Under the pieces are notes generated by a model. That model was not told the origin of the DNA and did no database searches. It worked only from the letters and a program-made list of their open reading frames with translations. Below, in pieces: positions 9,976 through 19,836 of a DNA stretch of 64,000 nucleotides. Made by a program: the position numbers and the translations under genes. The DNA comes from an uncultured Pelagibacteraceae bacterium. GTDB taxonomy: Bacteria; Pseudomonadota; Alphaproteobacteria; Pelagibacterales; Pelagibacteraceae. Positions within the stretch are counted from its first letter, which is position 1. Every line of letters starts with the position of its first letter. Location: NCBI GenBank assembly GCA_902612575.1, contig CACMDZ010000001.1:7775-71774 (forward strand), in the 5' to 3' direction.

Positions 9976-12635
9976 ATTAATTCTTTTATTTTATTTATAG
10001 CCTCTTCAATTTTATTTGTATCACTCCCACCTGCTTGAGCAAAATCTTTTCTTCCACCACCACCTTTGCCTCCAATAATTTCTGATCCTAGTTTTGCAAA
10101 TTTGACAGCATCATATTTCTCAATCAGATTTTCTGTAATGCCAACTGCTAATCCAACTTTTTCATCTTTGTTGGCAAACACGATTACGATTCCCTCTATT
10201 AATTCTTTTTTTCCATTATCTACTAATTTTCTTAAATCTTTTGGTGACAATCCTTCAACTTTTTGTAATCTTATTTTTACTCCATTTATTGTCTGATCAT
10301 TAATTATATTTTTATTTTTATCTTTCAAGATTGATCTGAGACTTAAACTTTCAAGCTGCTTTGAAAGATCCTTAATTAAACCTTTTTGATCTTTATTACA
10401 TAAGTCTGGTTTACCTCCAGCTTTTATGATTTTTTCTGAGAGCTCTTTAATAATTTTTTCATCTTTTTGTAAAATTAGATCAGATTGTGTCTCTTTATTT
10501 TTTAAATATTCATTTAATTGTTTATCTCTTAAAGCTTCAACTCTTCTTACTCCTGCCGCAATTGATGATTGGCTAATAATCTTAAACTTTCCAATATCAC
10601 TAGTATTTCTGACATGTGTTCCACCGCATAATTCTGTTGAAAAATACTTATCTTTTTCACTGCCCATTGATAAAACTCTTACCTCATCTCCATATTTTTC
10701 CCCAAATAATGCAAGAGCACCATTACTTACTGCTTCTTTTGGTGTCATAATCCTTGTTTTTACATCAGAACTATTGCTTACCATTGAATTTACATATGTT
10801 TCGATTTTTTCTATTTCTTCAATAGAAATTGGTTTCATGTGGCTAAAGTCAAACCTAAGTCTATCTGGCTCAACTAATGAACCTTTTTGAGTAACGTGAG
10901 TCCCCAATACTCTTCTTAGTGATTCATGTAGTAAATGTGTTGCAGAATGATATGCCCTTACATTGTCTCGCCTTTCAACGTCTATTTTCATCTCTACATT
11001 GTCATTTATTTTTATTGATCCTTTTTTTACTTTTCCATAATGAACAAATAAATCTCCGAGTTTTTTTTGTACATCCTCAACTTCAAATACAAATTCACCA
11101 GATATAATTTCCCCTTTATCACCTACTTGACCACCCGACTCTCCATAAAAAGGAGTTTGATTAATTACAATCATAGCTTTATCACCAGACTTTATTTGAT
11201 CAATTTCTTTATTATTTTTTAATAAAGAAAGAATAATACCCTCTGCTTGATTTGTTTCGTAACCTAGAAATTCCGTTGCACCTAATTTTTCTCTAATTGC
11301 AAACCAAATATTATCTATCGCGCTATCTCCTGAGCCTTTCCAATTTTTTTTAGCAAGCTCTTTGCTTTCTCGCATTAAATTATTAAATTTATCAATATCA
11401 ATAGTTAAAGATTTACTTTTTAAAATATCTTGAGTTAAATCTAGTGGGAATCCATAGGTATCATAAAGTTTAAAGGCGACCTCGCCTGATAAAACTTTAT
11501 CAATTTTTGAAATTTCATCATTTAAAATTCTAATTCCTCTATCAAGAAGAATTAAAAATTTTTCTTCTTCCATTTTTAATGTTTCTCGAATTAAAGACTC
11601 AGCTCTTTCCATTTCTGGGTAGTTTCCTTTCATCTCATCCATTAAAGTTTTAAAAATATTGTAAAAAATTGGCTCTTTTGATCCAAGCAAATGAGAATGT
11701 CTCATGCCTCTTCTCATAATCCTTCTTAAAACGTATCCTCTACCCTCGTTTGATGGCAGAACACCTTCCGAAATTAAAAATGAGCATGCTCTTAGATGAT
11801 CAGCAATAACTCTGAAACTAGATAAATTATTATTATTTGGTTTTACCTTTACAGCTTCAGAAGTTGCACTAATTAATTTTTTAAAATGATCTGTTTCATA
11901 ATTATCATGAGTTCCTTGAAGTAGTGCAGCAATACGTTCTAAGCCCATTCCTGTGTCAACAGATGGTTTTGGTAAATTGATCCTTTTATCTTTTGAAATC
12001 TGTTCGAATTGCATAAAAACCAAATTCCAAATCTCTATAAACCTATTTCCGTCCTCATTTTTTGTTCCAGGTAATCCACCTTCAAGATGATCTCCATGGT
12101 CGTAAAATATTTCTGAACATGGACCACATGGCCCTGTTTCGCCCATTGACCAAAAATTATCTGAAGTTGCAATTTTAATAATTCTATCTTCACTTAACCC
12201 AGCAATTTTTTTCCAAAAATTCAATGCCTCATCATCTTCATGGAACACTGTTACATAAAGTCTATTTTTATCTAAACCAAAATCCTTAGTTATTAAGTTC
12301 CAAGCAAGCTCAATAGCTCTTTCTTTGAAGTAATCTCCAAAAGAAAAATTACCCAACATTTCAAAAAATGTATGATGTCTTGGAGTGTAACCTACATTTT
12401 CTAGGTCGTTATGTTTTCCACCTGCTCTCACACATTTTTGTGAAGTGGTGGCTCTTAGATAATCTCTCTTTTCTAACCCAGTAAAAACATTTTTGAATTG
12501 AACCATCCCCGAATTCGCAAACATCAACGTTGGATCGTTATTTGGAACAAGATTGCTAGACTCAACTATTTTATGATCGTTTTTTTCGAAATATCCTAAG
12601 AATGCTGATCTAATTTCATTTAGTGTTTTAGCCAT
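9972..12635 (-). CDS. alaS: Alanine--tRNA ligase
   Basis: DPTLMFANSGMVQFK, HHTFFEMLGNFSFG, HSATHLLH, ELCGGTH, GGGGRKDFAQAG. Confidence 0.98.
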   Translation of the reverse strand: MAKTLNEIRSAFLGYFEKNDHKIVESSNLVPNNDPTLMFANSGMVQFKNVFTGLEKRDYLRATTSQKCVRAGGKHNDLENVGYTPRHHTFFEMLGNFSFGDYFKERAIELAWNLITKDFGLDKNRLYVTVFHEDDEALNFWKKIAGLSEDRIIKIATSDNFWSMGETGPCGPCSEIFYDHGDHLEGGLPGTKNEDGNRFIEIWNLVFMQFEQISKDKRINLPKPSVDTGMGLERIAALLQGTHDNYETDHFKKLISATSEAVKVKPNNNNLSSFRVIADHLRACSFLISEGVLPSNEGRGYVLRRIMRRGMRHSHLLGSKEPIFYNIFKTLMDEMKGNYPEMERAESLIRETLKMEEEKFLILLDRGIRILNDEISKIDKVLSGEVAFKLYDTYGFPLDLTQDILKSKSLTIDIDKFNNLMRESKELAKKNWKGSGDSAIDNIWFAIREKLGATEFLGYETNQAEGIILSLLKNNKEIDQIKSGDKAMIVINQTPFYGESGGQVGDKGEIISGEFVFEVEDVQKKLGDLFVHYGKVKKGSIKINDNVEMKIDVERRDNVRAYHSATHLLHESLRRVLGTHVTQKGSLVEPDRLRFDFSHMKPISIEEIEKIETYVNSMVSNSSDVKTRIMTPKEAVSNGALALFGEKYGDEVRVLSMGSEKDKYFSTELCGGTHVRNTSDIGKFKIISQSSIAAGVRRVEALRDKQLNEYLKNKETQSDLILQKDEKIIKELSEKIIKAGGKPDLCNKDQKGLIKDLSKQLESLSLRSILKDKNKNIINDQTINGVKIRLQKVEGLSPKDLRKLVDNGKKELIEGIVIVFANKDEKVGLAVGITENLIEKYDAVKFAKLGSEIIGGKGGGGRKDFAQAGGSDTNKIEEAINKIKELI

Positions 12636-12684
12636 ATACTGCCAAAATACAGCATTTTTATATGATGTCTACACTTCTGAAGGG

Positions 12685-12712
12685 AAAAAAGGCGCCCAAT
12701 TGAGCGCCTTTT
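12685..12712 (-). terminator. Rho-independent terminator after recA
   Basis: Minus strand AAAAGGCGCTC-AATT-GGGCGCCTTTTTT: GC-rich hairpin with one G-U pair followed by a T run. Confidence 0.8.
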
Positions 12713-12734
12713 CTTAATAACTAAAAGTTATCTG

Positions 12735-13859
12735 CTAATTTTTTTTAGTTGGAACTTCTTCCTCTTTTTTCTGAGCCTCAACCTTCTCTTCGCTTAAAGG
12801 GTTTCCCTCTATCTTTTTTGAAATAACACCAGCTTTTTCTCTAATAGCCATTTCAATCTCAGCTGCAGCTTTTGGGTTTTGTTCAAGGTAAAGTTTCGCG
12901 TTCTCTCTACCTTGACCAATTTTTTCTCCTTTATAAGCGTACCAAGCTCCTGATTTTTCTACAATCTCAGCTTTAGCACCAAGGTCGATTAGTTCCCCTA
13001 CTTTACTAATTCCTTTTCCATACATTAAATCGAATTCAACTACTTTAAATGGTGGAGCAACTTTATTTTTAACAACTTTAACTCTTGTTGTATTTCCAAT
13101 TATTTGTTCTTTATCTTTAATTGCGCCAATTCTTCTAATATCCATTCTGACTGAAGAATAGAATTTTAGAGAATTACCACCAGATGTTGTCTCTGGACTT
13201 CCAAACATGACACCTATTTTCATTCTAATTTGGTTAATAAATATAACCATTGTGTTAGTTCTTGATATTGATCCTGTTAATTTTCTTAGTGCTTGTGACA
13301 TTAATCTTGCCTGAAGACCAACATGATGGTCTCCCATGTCACCTTCAATTTCAGCTCTTGGTGTTAATGCAGCAACGGAATCAACAACAAGTACTGACAT
13401 TGAGCCAGACTTAATTAAAGTGTCCGTAATTTCTAAAGCTTGTTCGCCTGTATCTGGTTGTGAAATAAGTAGTTCTTCAGTATTAACACCCAATTTTTTT
13501 GCATAAACTGGATCCAATGCATGCTCTGCATCAACAAATCCACAAATTCCACCAGCTTTTTGTGCTTCAGCAACTACTTGTAAAGCCAATGTAGTTTTTC
13601 CAGATGACTCTGGTCCATAAATTTCAATAATTCTTCCTTTTGGTAAACCACCTATCCCAAGTGCTAGATCAAGACTTAAAGATCCAGTTGAAATAGATTC
13701 AACATCCATAGCCTTTTGCTCACCAAGTTTCATTACAGAACCTTTTCCAAAGCTATCTGTAATTTGGCTAATTGCTGCGTCTAACGCTTTATTTTTTTCC
13801 TTATCTTCCAAATCTTTGTCTTTAGCGGTTTTCACCACTTTTAAGTTATTTTTAGTCAT
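12735..13859 (-). CDS. recA: Recombinase A
   Basis: [45 protein letters not shown]. Confidence 0.99.
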   Translation of the reverse strand: MTKNNLKVVKTAKDKDLEDKEKNKALDAAISQITDSFGKGSVMKLGEQKAMDVESISTGSLSLDLALGIGGLPKGRIIEIYGPESSGKTTLALQVVAEAQKAGGICGFVDAEHALDPVYAKKLGVNTEELLISQPDTGEQALEITDTLIKSGSMSVLVVDSVAALTPRAEIEGDMGDHHVGLQARLMSQALRKLTGSISRTNTMVIFINQIRMKIGVMFGSPETTSGGNSLKFYSSVRMDIRRIGAIKDKEQIIGNTTRVKVVKNKVAPPFKVVEFDLMYGKGISKVGELIDLGAKAEIVEKSGAWYAYKGEKIGQGRENAKLYLEQNPKAAAEIEMAIREKAGVISKKIEGNPLSEEKVEAQKKEEEVPTKKN

Positions 13860-13909
13860 TTTTTGCCTCTTTTTTTACGTTTTTTAACATTCGAATCATG
13901 CGAATAAAT

Positions 13910-13924
13910 GTACACATTTTGTTC
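13910..13924 (-). promoter_or_regulatory. Alphaproteobacterial LexA (SOS) box upstream of recA
   Basis: Plus strand GTAC-ACATTTT-GTTC = minus GAAC-N7-GTAC, matching the alphaproteobacterial GAAC-N7-GAAC/GTAC box. Confidence 0.8.
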
Positions 13925-13967
13925 TCATTAGCAATATCTTTTTAGGATTAAGTGAAAAAAGCTCTAT

Positions 13968-15266
13968 TTATCTAAGTTTTAGATATTCGCTATTTAATAA
14001 ACCAGCTGACTTTAACAATTTGTATTGTGCTAATAGGTAATTTCTTTCAGCTTCTGCAAGATTTATTTTTGCGTTTATTAAATTTGATCTTGATTGAAGC
14101 ACATCAAAGGTCGATCTGTTTAAACCACTTTCATATTCAAAACTAATTCCCTCATTTGCAATTTCAGCAGCCTTAACTTGGGATTGAACAGCTCTTAAAA
14201 GGCTTTTAGATGACTCTAAAGTAGACCAAGCTGCCGTAACACCTTGGGTATTATTTCTAAAAGCATTTTCAAGTAACAATTTTTTCATTCCTTTTACTTG
14301 AAGATTTTTGTTTATATTAGACTTATTCTTTCCACCAAATTGAAAAGGCCAACTAACTGTTGCTTGAAGAACATCTTTTTCTCTTTCATCATAGGTAGCA
14401 CTTAGGTCATCAGTATATGATCTCTCAAGAGAAAGTTTTGCAGTCGGTGATAAATCTGATCTTGCTATTTTTACATCTAATTCAGACTGTCCATACTCTA
14501 TTTCTGCGATTATAAGATCTGGACTTTTTTGTTCGGATATTTTTTTTGCTTCAATCAAACTTGATGGAATTGGAACTTCTGATTTATATATTTTTTTTAA
14601 TTTTTCATTAGTATCGATTGGTCCAATTATGTTTTCATAATTTAGCTTACTTGTTATAATATTGTTTTGTGCGCCAATGTAGCCTGCTTGAGCACCTGAT
14701 AAAGAAGATTGAGATTGTGCTAGGTCAGTTGCAGTAATTTGAGCTCTTGATAATCTAGCATTATCTATTTCAAACTGTCTTTGAAGCAAATTTACATTTT
14801 CTTGATTTATACTTAATTTTTCATAAGCAAGTATTAGACCGGTATAGGCTTCAATTGCTTTCATAAAAACATCTTGTTCTTTTTTAATCAGCTTTGCCTC
14901 TGAAAGATTGAGACCTAACTTGCTTTTTTCATACTTACTACTCCTAGCACTACCATCTATCAAAGTTTGCTCTAACTTTACTGATGAAGTCATTGTATCT
15001 GTATCTGTGATCGATGCATCAGATCCATCTTGATTTGTAAGTTCATTTGTATTTTCAAAATTTTTAGTACCAGACAAAGTCAATGTCGGGAAAAAATCGC
15101 TTTTTGAAATATTTAAAACTTCTTTTTGAACTTCCAAATTTTTTCTCTCAGCTTGTAACTCTAAATTATTTTGAAAAGTAATTTTTAATGCATCACTTAA
15201 AGTTGCTGCGCTTGCAGTAAGCGTAAAAGATATTAAACAAAAAGCTACTAAAGATATTTTTTTCAT
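13968..15266 (-). CDS. TolC-family outer membrane efflux protein
   Basis: Signal peptide; two OEP repeats (SDFFPTLTLS, SDLSPTAKLS; YESGLNRSTFDVLQS). Confidence 0.88.
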   Translation of the reverse strand: MKKISLVAFCLISFTLTASAATLSDALKITFQNNLELQAERKNLEVQKEVLNISKSDFFPTLTLSGTKNFENTNELTNQDGSDASITDTDTMTSSVKLEQTLIDGSARSSKYEKSKLGLNLSEAKLIKKEQDVFMKAIEAYTGLILAYEKLSINQENVNLLQRQFEIDNARLSRAQITATDLAQSQSSLSGAQAGYIGAQNNIITSKLNYENIIGPIDTNEKLKKIYKSEVPIPSSLIEAKKISEQKSPDLIIAEIEYGQSELDVKIARSDLSPTAKLSLERSYTDDLSATYDEREKDVLQATVSWPFQFGGKNKSNINKNLQVKGMKKLLLENAFRNNTQGVTAAWSTLESSKSLLRAVQSQVKAAEIANEGISFEYESGLNRSTFDVLQSRSNLINAKINLAEAERNYLLAQYKLLKSAGLLNSEYLKLR

Positions 15267-16189
15267 TTATTATATTTTATTGATTTAATTTGATGATTTC
15301 TATTTAAATTTAGTACGATTGAAGAATATTTTGGGGCAAATTTAAACATATTTTGAGTAACTCTTTGATATGTCTGCATAAATTTTAATACTTCATTTTT
15401 ATCCATTACTTTACTGTTTGCCTTATTTTTTGAGTTTAATTTTAGTAGTGCTTCCTGTTTAAGTCTCCAAGTTTGCAATAATTTAAAATTTCCAGCTTTT
15501 AAAAATAATAAGCAGTCTAATTTTGAAAATAGTTTTTTATATTTTTTTTCTAATTGATTATTTACAAATTTTCTCCATTTTAAATTTTTATCTTCCTGTC
15601 TCTCAAGAGAATTTATAGATTTTTTTAAAGTTGTTTGTTTTTCAGACCTAGCTCCTACACACCAACCCTCGAAGATTATGACGTCTGGTACTTTTTTTAC
15701 TAAGTGCCAAGACTTCTTTTTAAGTCTGTCATCTATAGCCTTATTGAATTTAGGAATTCTATACTTATTAAATCTTCTACTCTTTGTTTTTTTTAAAAGA
15801 TTAAACATAAAGTTTAAATCATGAGTTCCTGGAACGCCTCTTGTCTTTAACAATGGATGAGTTGTTTTTGATAGCTTTATTCTATCTTTTCTAGTTTTAT
15901 ATAAATCATCGATAGAAATTTTAAAAACATTCAATTTAAAATATTTTGTTAGAATAATATTTAATATTGAACTAATAGTTGTTTTTCCAGTTCCCTGCCC
16001 TCCTGCCAAACCAATTAAATAAGGTTTAGATTTTTTTGGTCTATTTGAAATCCAGAAACTTATTGGAATTAAAAATGATTTGATCATCTTTTCTTTATTT
16101 TTAAATTTTTCTTTGGATGTTTCTTGAGATTTAATAAATTTAAAACAATCTTTGCTTACTTTTTTATAACAATCTACAATTGGTTGCAT
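15263..16189 (-). CDS. P-loop kinase, D-glycerate 3-kinase (GLYK)/uridine-kinase-like
   Basis: GGQGTGKTT, SIDDLY, TRGVPGTHD, PKFNKAIDDR, IFEGWCVG, WRLKQE. Confidence 0.75.
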   Translation of the reverse strand: MQPIVDCYKKVSKDCFKFIKSQETSKEKFKNKEKMIKSFLIPISFWISNRPKKSKPYLIGLAGGQGTGKTTISSILNIILTKYFKLNVFKISIDDLYKTRKDRIKLSKTTHPLLKTRGVPGTHDLNFMFNLLKKTKSRRFNKYRIPKFNKAIDDRLKKKSWHLVKKVPDVIIFEGWCVGARSEKQTTLKKSINSLERQEDKNLKWRKFVNNQLEKKYKKLFSKLDCLLFLKAGNFKLLQTWRLKQEALLKLNSKNKANSKVMDKNEVLKFMQTYQRVTQNMFKFAPKYSSIVLNLNRNHQIKSIKYNK

Positions 16190-16197
16190 AAAAAGAT

Positions 16198-16566
16198 TTA
16201 TTGTTTTTGATCAAGCGGATGGTTTTTACCATCATTTACTGGCACATCGTCAATTTCGAATGGCTCCACACCTTCTATGCAAGCAATATTTACACCATAT
16301 ATTTTTGGATTGCTTCTAGGTCTATTATGAGTATGAATTCCACAGATAGAGCAAAAATAATGCTTAGCTGTATTAGTATAAAACTGATAAAGTGTTAACT
16401 TATCCTCTCCTTTTGTAAGTTTAAAATCATCAGGACCAAGTACTCCGATAATGTAACCTTTTTTTTTACAAATCGAACAATTACAACGCATGATTTTTTC
16501 AACACCACCTATAGGAATTTTAACTTCAGCTTCAATTGCTCCGCAGTGACAAGTTAACTTTTTCAT
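16198..16566 (-). CDS. GFA (CENP-V/glutathione-dependent formaldehyde-activating) family protein
   Basis: CHCG, CNCSIC, FCSICG zinc-binding pattern. Confidence 0.88.
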   Translation of the reverse strand: MKKLTCHCGAIEAEVKIPIGGVEKIMRCNCSICKKKGYIIGVLGPDDFKLTKGEDKLTLYQFYTNTAKHYFCSICGIHTHNRPRSNPKIYGVNIACIEGVEPFEIDDVPVNDGKNHPLDQKQ

Positions 16567-16586
16567 ATTTTAATCTCCTAATAAAA

Positions 16587-17069
16587 TTATTTATTTATAG
16601 CTTTTAAATATTCTCCGTATCTTTTTAAACTTTCCTCTGGCCATGTTTTTTTAGGATCATACATCTTTTCAAAACAAATTACATCCTCTGCAAGGTTCAG
16701 CCATGGATCTTTATCTTTTGTAAAAATATGCACTTGTGGTGGAAAACTTTCTGAATTATCTAAAGTTTTAGTTCTAACTGTTAATCTACCAACAGCTGAG
16801 GCATAATCAGTATAAATATAAGTTCCACACTTGGTACAAAAATATGCATTAGAAGTGGCACCGCTTCCTGCTTTGAGTTCTGTTGATGCTAGTTCTCCTT
16901 CTATAATTAAAGTGTTGTCTAAAACGCTTGTATTAATTACATAAGAAGACCCAGTTATAATTTTGCAATCTTTACAATGACAAGCTTGTGTGAATAAAGG
17001 TTTTTTAGTAATTCTATATTTAACCTGGCCACAAATACATCTTCCAGTTAAGCTTTCATTTTTTTCCAT
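16587..17069 (-). CDS. GFA family protein
   Basis: GRCICG, CHCKDC, FCTKCGT, HIFT...PW. Confidence 0.88.
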   Translation of the reverse strand: MEKNESLTGRCICGQVKYRITKKPLFTQACHCKDCKIITGSSYVINTSVLDNTLIIEGELASTELKAGSGATSNAYFCTKCGTYIYTDYASAVGRLTVRTKTLDNSESFPPQVHIFTKDKDPWLNLAEDVICFEKMYDPKKTWPEESLKRYGEYLKAINK

Positions 17070-17184
17070 TTATTATATTCAAACTATTTATGGTTAAAGT
17101 TATCCACATGTATACAACATGTGGTTTTGATGTTCACGTTTTGATTCACTTTTGATTCAGTTACAGACTCAAAATACAACCTGA

Positions 17185-17213
17185 TTGACACTATTGAATA
17201 ACTTAGATATTAA
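17185..17213 (+). promoter_or_regulatory. Putative sigma70 promoter for umuDC
   Basis: TTGACA at 17185-17190 followed after 17 bp by an AT-rich -10-like TATTAA. Confidence 0.5.
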
Positions 17214-17216
17214 TTA

Positions 17217-17231
17217 GAACAAAATAAGAAC
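17217..17231 (+). promoter_or_regulatory. LexA (SOS) box upstream of umuD
   Basis: GAAC-AAAATAA-GAAC, a perfect GAAC-N7-GAAC, 4 bp before the ATG. Confidence 0.88.
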
Positions 17232-17235
17232 ATTT

Positions 17236-17631
17236 ATGAAGCTAACTATACCTTACTATTTACATAAAGCTGGTGCGGGTTTTCCGTCTCCTGCCACAGA
17301 CTATATTGAAGAAGATATCGATTTAAATATTCATTTAATCAAAAATGTTCCAGCAACTTTCATCATAAGAGTTCAGGGAAAATCAATGGTGGATGTGGGA
17401 ATTAATGATGGCGATCTATTAGTTGTTGATAAGAGTTTAACACCAAAAAATTTCTCAACAGTTATTGCAAATGTTCATGATGAACTAGTTGTTAAAAGTT
17501 TAGTTCAAGAAAGAGATAAAAAATTTTTAACATCAGGTTCCAAAGAATTTACAGATCGAATTTTAATTAACGAAGATGAAGATATATTTATTTGGGGAGT
17601 TGTAACTTATGTCATCCATTCAGTATACTAA
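17236..17631 (+). CDS. umuD: DNA polymerase V subunit UmuD (S24 peptidase)
   Basis: AGFPSPA cleavage-site motif, RVQGKSM (catalytic Ser), VVK (Lys), IWGVVT. Confidence 0.93.
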   Translation: MKLTIPYYLHKAGAGFPSPATDYIEEDIDLNIHLIKNVPATFIIRVQGKSMVDVGINDGDLLVVDKSLTPKNFSTVIANVHDELVVKSLVQERDKKFLTSGSKEFTDRILINEDEDIFIWGVVTYVIHSVY

Positions 17632-18886
17632 AAAAATAGCACTTATTGATTGTAACTCTTTTTATGTTTCTTGTGAAAGATTATTTAATCCCAAGATAAG
17701 AAAAAAACCTGTTGTCGTTTTATCTAACAATGATGGTTGTATAATTTCAAGATCAACAGAAGCAAAGGCTTTAGGTATTAAAATGGGAGAGCCTTACTTC
17801 AAGGCAAAAGATATTATTATTAAAAATAAAGTTGAGGTTTTTTCATCTAATTATTCTTTATATGGAGATTTATCTAGAAGAGTGATGCGAACACTAAAAA
17901 GATTTAACTCTGCTATTGAAGTTTATTCTATTGATGAAGCATTTTTAGATTTATCAAATTTTCCAGATAACGAAGTTGAAAAGGTTGGAAAAGAAATCAG
18001 AGAAACAGTTTTAAAGTGGACAGGTATTCCAACCAGTATTGGTATTGCTAAAACAAAAACTTTAAGCAAAGTTGCAAATCACATTGCAAAGAAAAAAAAA
18101 TCAGGTGTAACAAGTTTGATAGGAATTGAAAATATTGATCCTATATTAGAAAAAGTTGATATTAACGATGTCTGGGGTGTGGGAAGACAGTTAACAAAAT
18201 TTTATCATAAAAATGGAATTTATAATGCAAAACAACTAAAGAACAAATCAAACACATGGATAAAGAAGAACTCTAATGTTTTGGGTTCAAGAACTGCAAT
18301 GGAGTTAAGAGGAGTTCCTTGTATTGATTTAGAGACAACACAAACAAAAAGAAAAAGTTGCGTAGTATCTCGTTCTTTTGGTCAAAGAATTGAAAAATAC
18401 CAAGAATTAAAAGAAGCAGTTGCAAATTATTGTTTGAACGCATCTGAAAAAATTAGATCTGAGTCTTTAATTGCAAAATCAATTACAGTTTTTGTTAGAA
18501 CGAGTCCTTTTCAAAGTAGATTTGGATATTATTCAAACTCAAAGACAATAGATTTTGCAATTTCAACAAATAATAGTATTGAAATAGTTAAAACTGCTTT
18601 AGTTGCTTTAGACTCTATATTTAAAAATGGTTACCGTTATCAAAAAGCAGGTGTGATGCTTACTGGTTTATCCAATGAAGATGGTAGTAAGAACCTATTT
18701 TCTTGTGAAAAAGATGAGAAAATAAAGGGTTTAATGAAGTCTATTGATAATACTAACTATCGATATGGAAGATCTGCGTTAAGTCTTGCTAGTGCTGGTG
18801 TTCAAAAAAGATGGAACATGAGAAGAGAGCATTCTTCTAAAATAGATACGGCTGATTTCTATTTACTACCAACGATTAGAGCCTAA
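17609..18886 (+). CDS. umuC: DNA polymerase V subunit UmuC (Y family)
   Basis: [35 protein letters not shown]-terminal WNMRRE. Confidence 0.94.
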   Translation: MSSIQYTKKIALIDCNSFYVSCERLFNPKIRKKPVVVLSNNDGCIISRSTEAKALGIKMGEPYFKAKDIIIKNKVEVFSSNYSLYGDLSRRVMRTLKRFNSAIEVYSIDEAFLDLSNFPDNEVEKVGKEIRETVLKWTGIPTSIGIAKTKTLSKVANHIAKKKKSGVTSLIGIENIDPILEKVDINDVWGVGRQLTKFYHKNGIYNAKQLKNKSNTWIKKNSNVLGSRTAMELRGVPCIDLETTQTKRKSCVVSRSFGQRIEKYQELKEAVANYCLNASEKIRSESLIAKSITVFVRTSPFQSRFGYYSNSKTIDFAISTNNSIEIVKTALVALDSIFKNGYRYQKAGVMLTGLSNEDGSKNLFSCEKDEKIKGLMKSIDNTNYRYGRSALSLASAGVQKRWNMRREHSSKIDTADFYLLPTIRA

Positions 18887-18915
18887 TAAAAAAATAATAA
18901 AACAAATTAATATTT

Positions 18916-19836
18916 TCATTTTAAAAATGATTTTGAAACTTCGAGTATGTGATTAGGATTAAATTTTTTATCATTTTTTCTATATGAATAAACTTCATAC
19001 TTTTCAACACTTTGAGACTCGAGCTTTTGACATTCAGATTTATTAAATAATTTTTCACATTTTTTTTCGGATCGTACTCCATCAAAAAAGATAATTCTTT
19101 GAGGCATTTTCTTTGTTTCAAATATATTTTTATATCTAGACATTGAGCTATTATATAATCCATATCTTAAACTTTGCTCCTTACCTTTGCTTGGGTGATT
19201 TGAAATACCCTTAAAATCAATCTTTAATTGTCCATCTATCCAGACCTTCATGAAACCCTTATCAGGGTCAGGATGCCAATTAGTATTAAATATAATTTGA
19301 GTCCAATTTCCTAGTAATTCTTCATTTTTTTTTAACAATACATAAGAGTCTCTAAATGTATCTCCATTTCTATTAAAAGTTAAACCTGCATGCATATGCT
19401 GAAACATAACCAGTACTTTTGAAGGCTTGTGTCTCTTCCATTGTATTAATGACATCTTTGACGGAGCAACTGAATTATAATCTTTTGGTAAGAAAATATA
19501 AAATTGATACCATCGCTCAGCTTTTGATGGGTATCTTTTATAGTAAAGCTCAGTTCTTTCTCTATCATTTTCACAATCACTCCATTTTGGTTCATAACCA
19601 CATTCACCGTCATTTAGTTCAAATCTAATTGATTTTTCCCCAACTATAGAAAAGTCAGATACAGAAACAGGATTAACTGCATGTCTCGCATTTAGAAAGT
19701 GAAATTGTTCAGGAATAGCTCTTCCATATTTATCTTCTTTTAATGCTTTTTTGACATGCGAAAATTTTGTTTTAGCAAATGCAGCCCCATTGATCATAGA
19801 AAGTGTCATTAAAAATAATAAAAATTTTTTTATCAT
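18916..19836 (-). CDS. Secreted polysaccharide-lyase-like protein (heparin lyase I/PF14099-like jelly roll)
   Basis: Signal peptide; SIRFEL..G.C...DCENDRERTEL, WYQFYIFLP, QWK, W.....NW, KVWIDG, LRYGLY pattern. Confidence 0.65.
   Translation of the reverse strand: MIKKFLLFLMTLSMINGAAFAKTKFSHVKKALKEDKYGRAIPEQFHFLNARHAVNPVSVSDFSIVGEKSIRFELNDGECGYEPKWSDCENDRERTELYYKRYPSKAERWYQFYIFLPKDYNSVAPSKMSLIQWKRHKPSKVLVMFQHMHAGLTFNRNGDTFRDSYVLLKKNEELLGNWTQIIFNTNWHPDPDKGFMKVWIDGQLKIDFKGISNHPSKGKEQSLRYGLYNSSMSRYKNIFETKKMPQRIIFFDGVRSEKKCEKLFNKSECQKLESQSVEKYEVYSYRKNDKKFNPNHILEVSKSFLK

Noticed and set aside
18921-19163. Alternate-frame ORF inside the lyase-like gene, possibly a frameshift product
   Set aside because: The main frame is intact from signal peptide to stop, and the alternate peptide shows no motif
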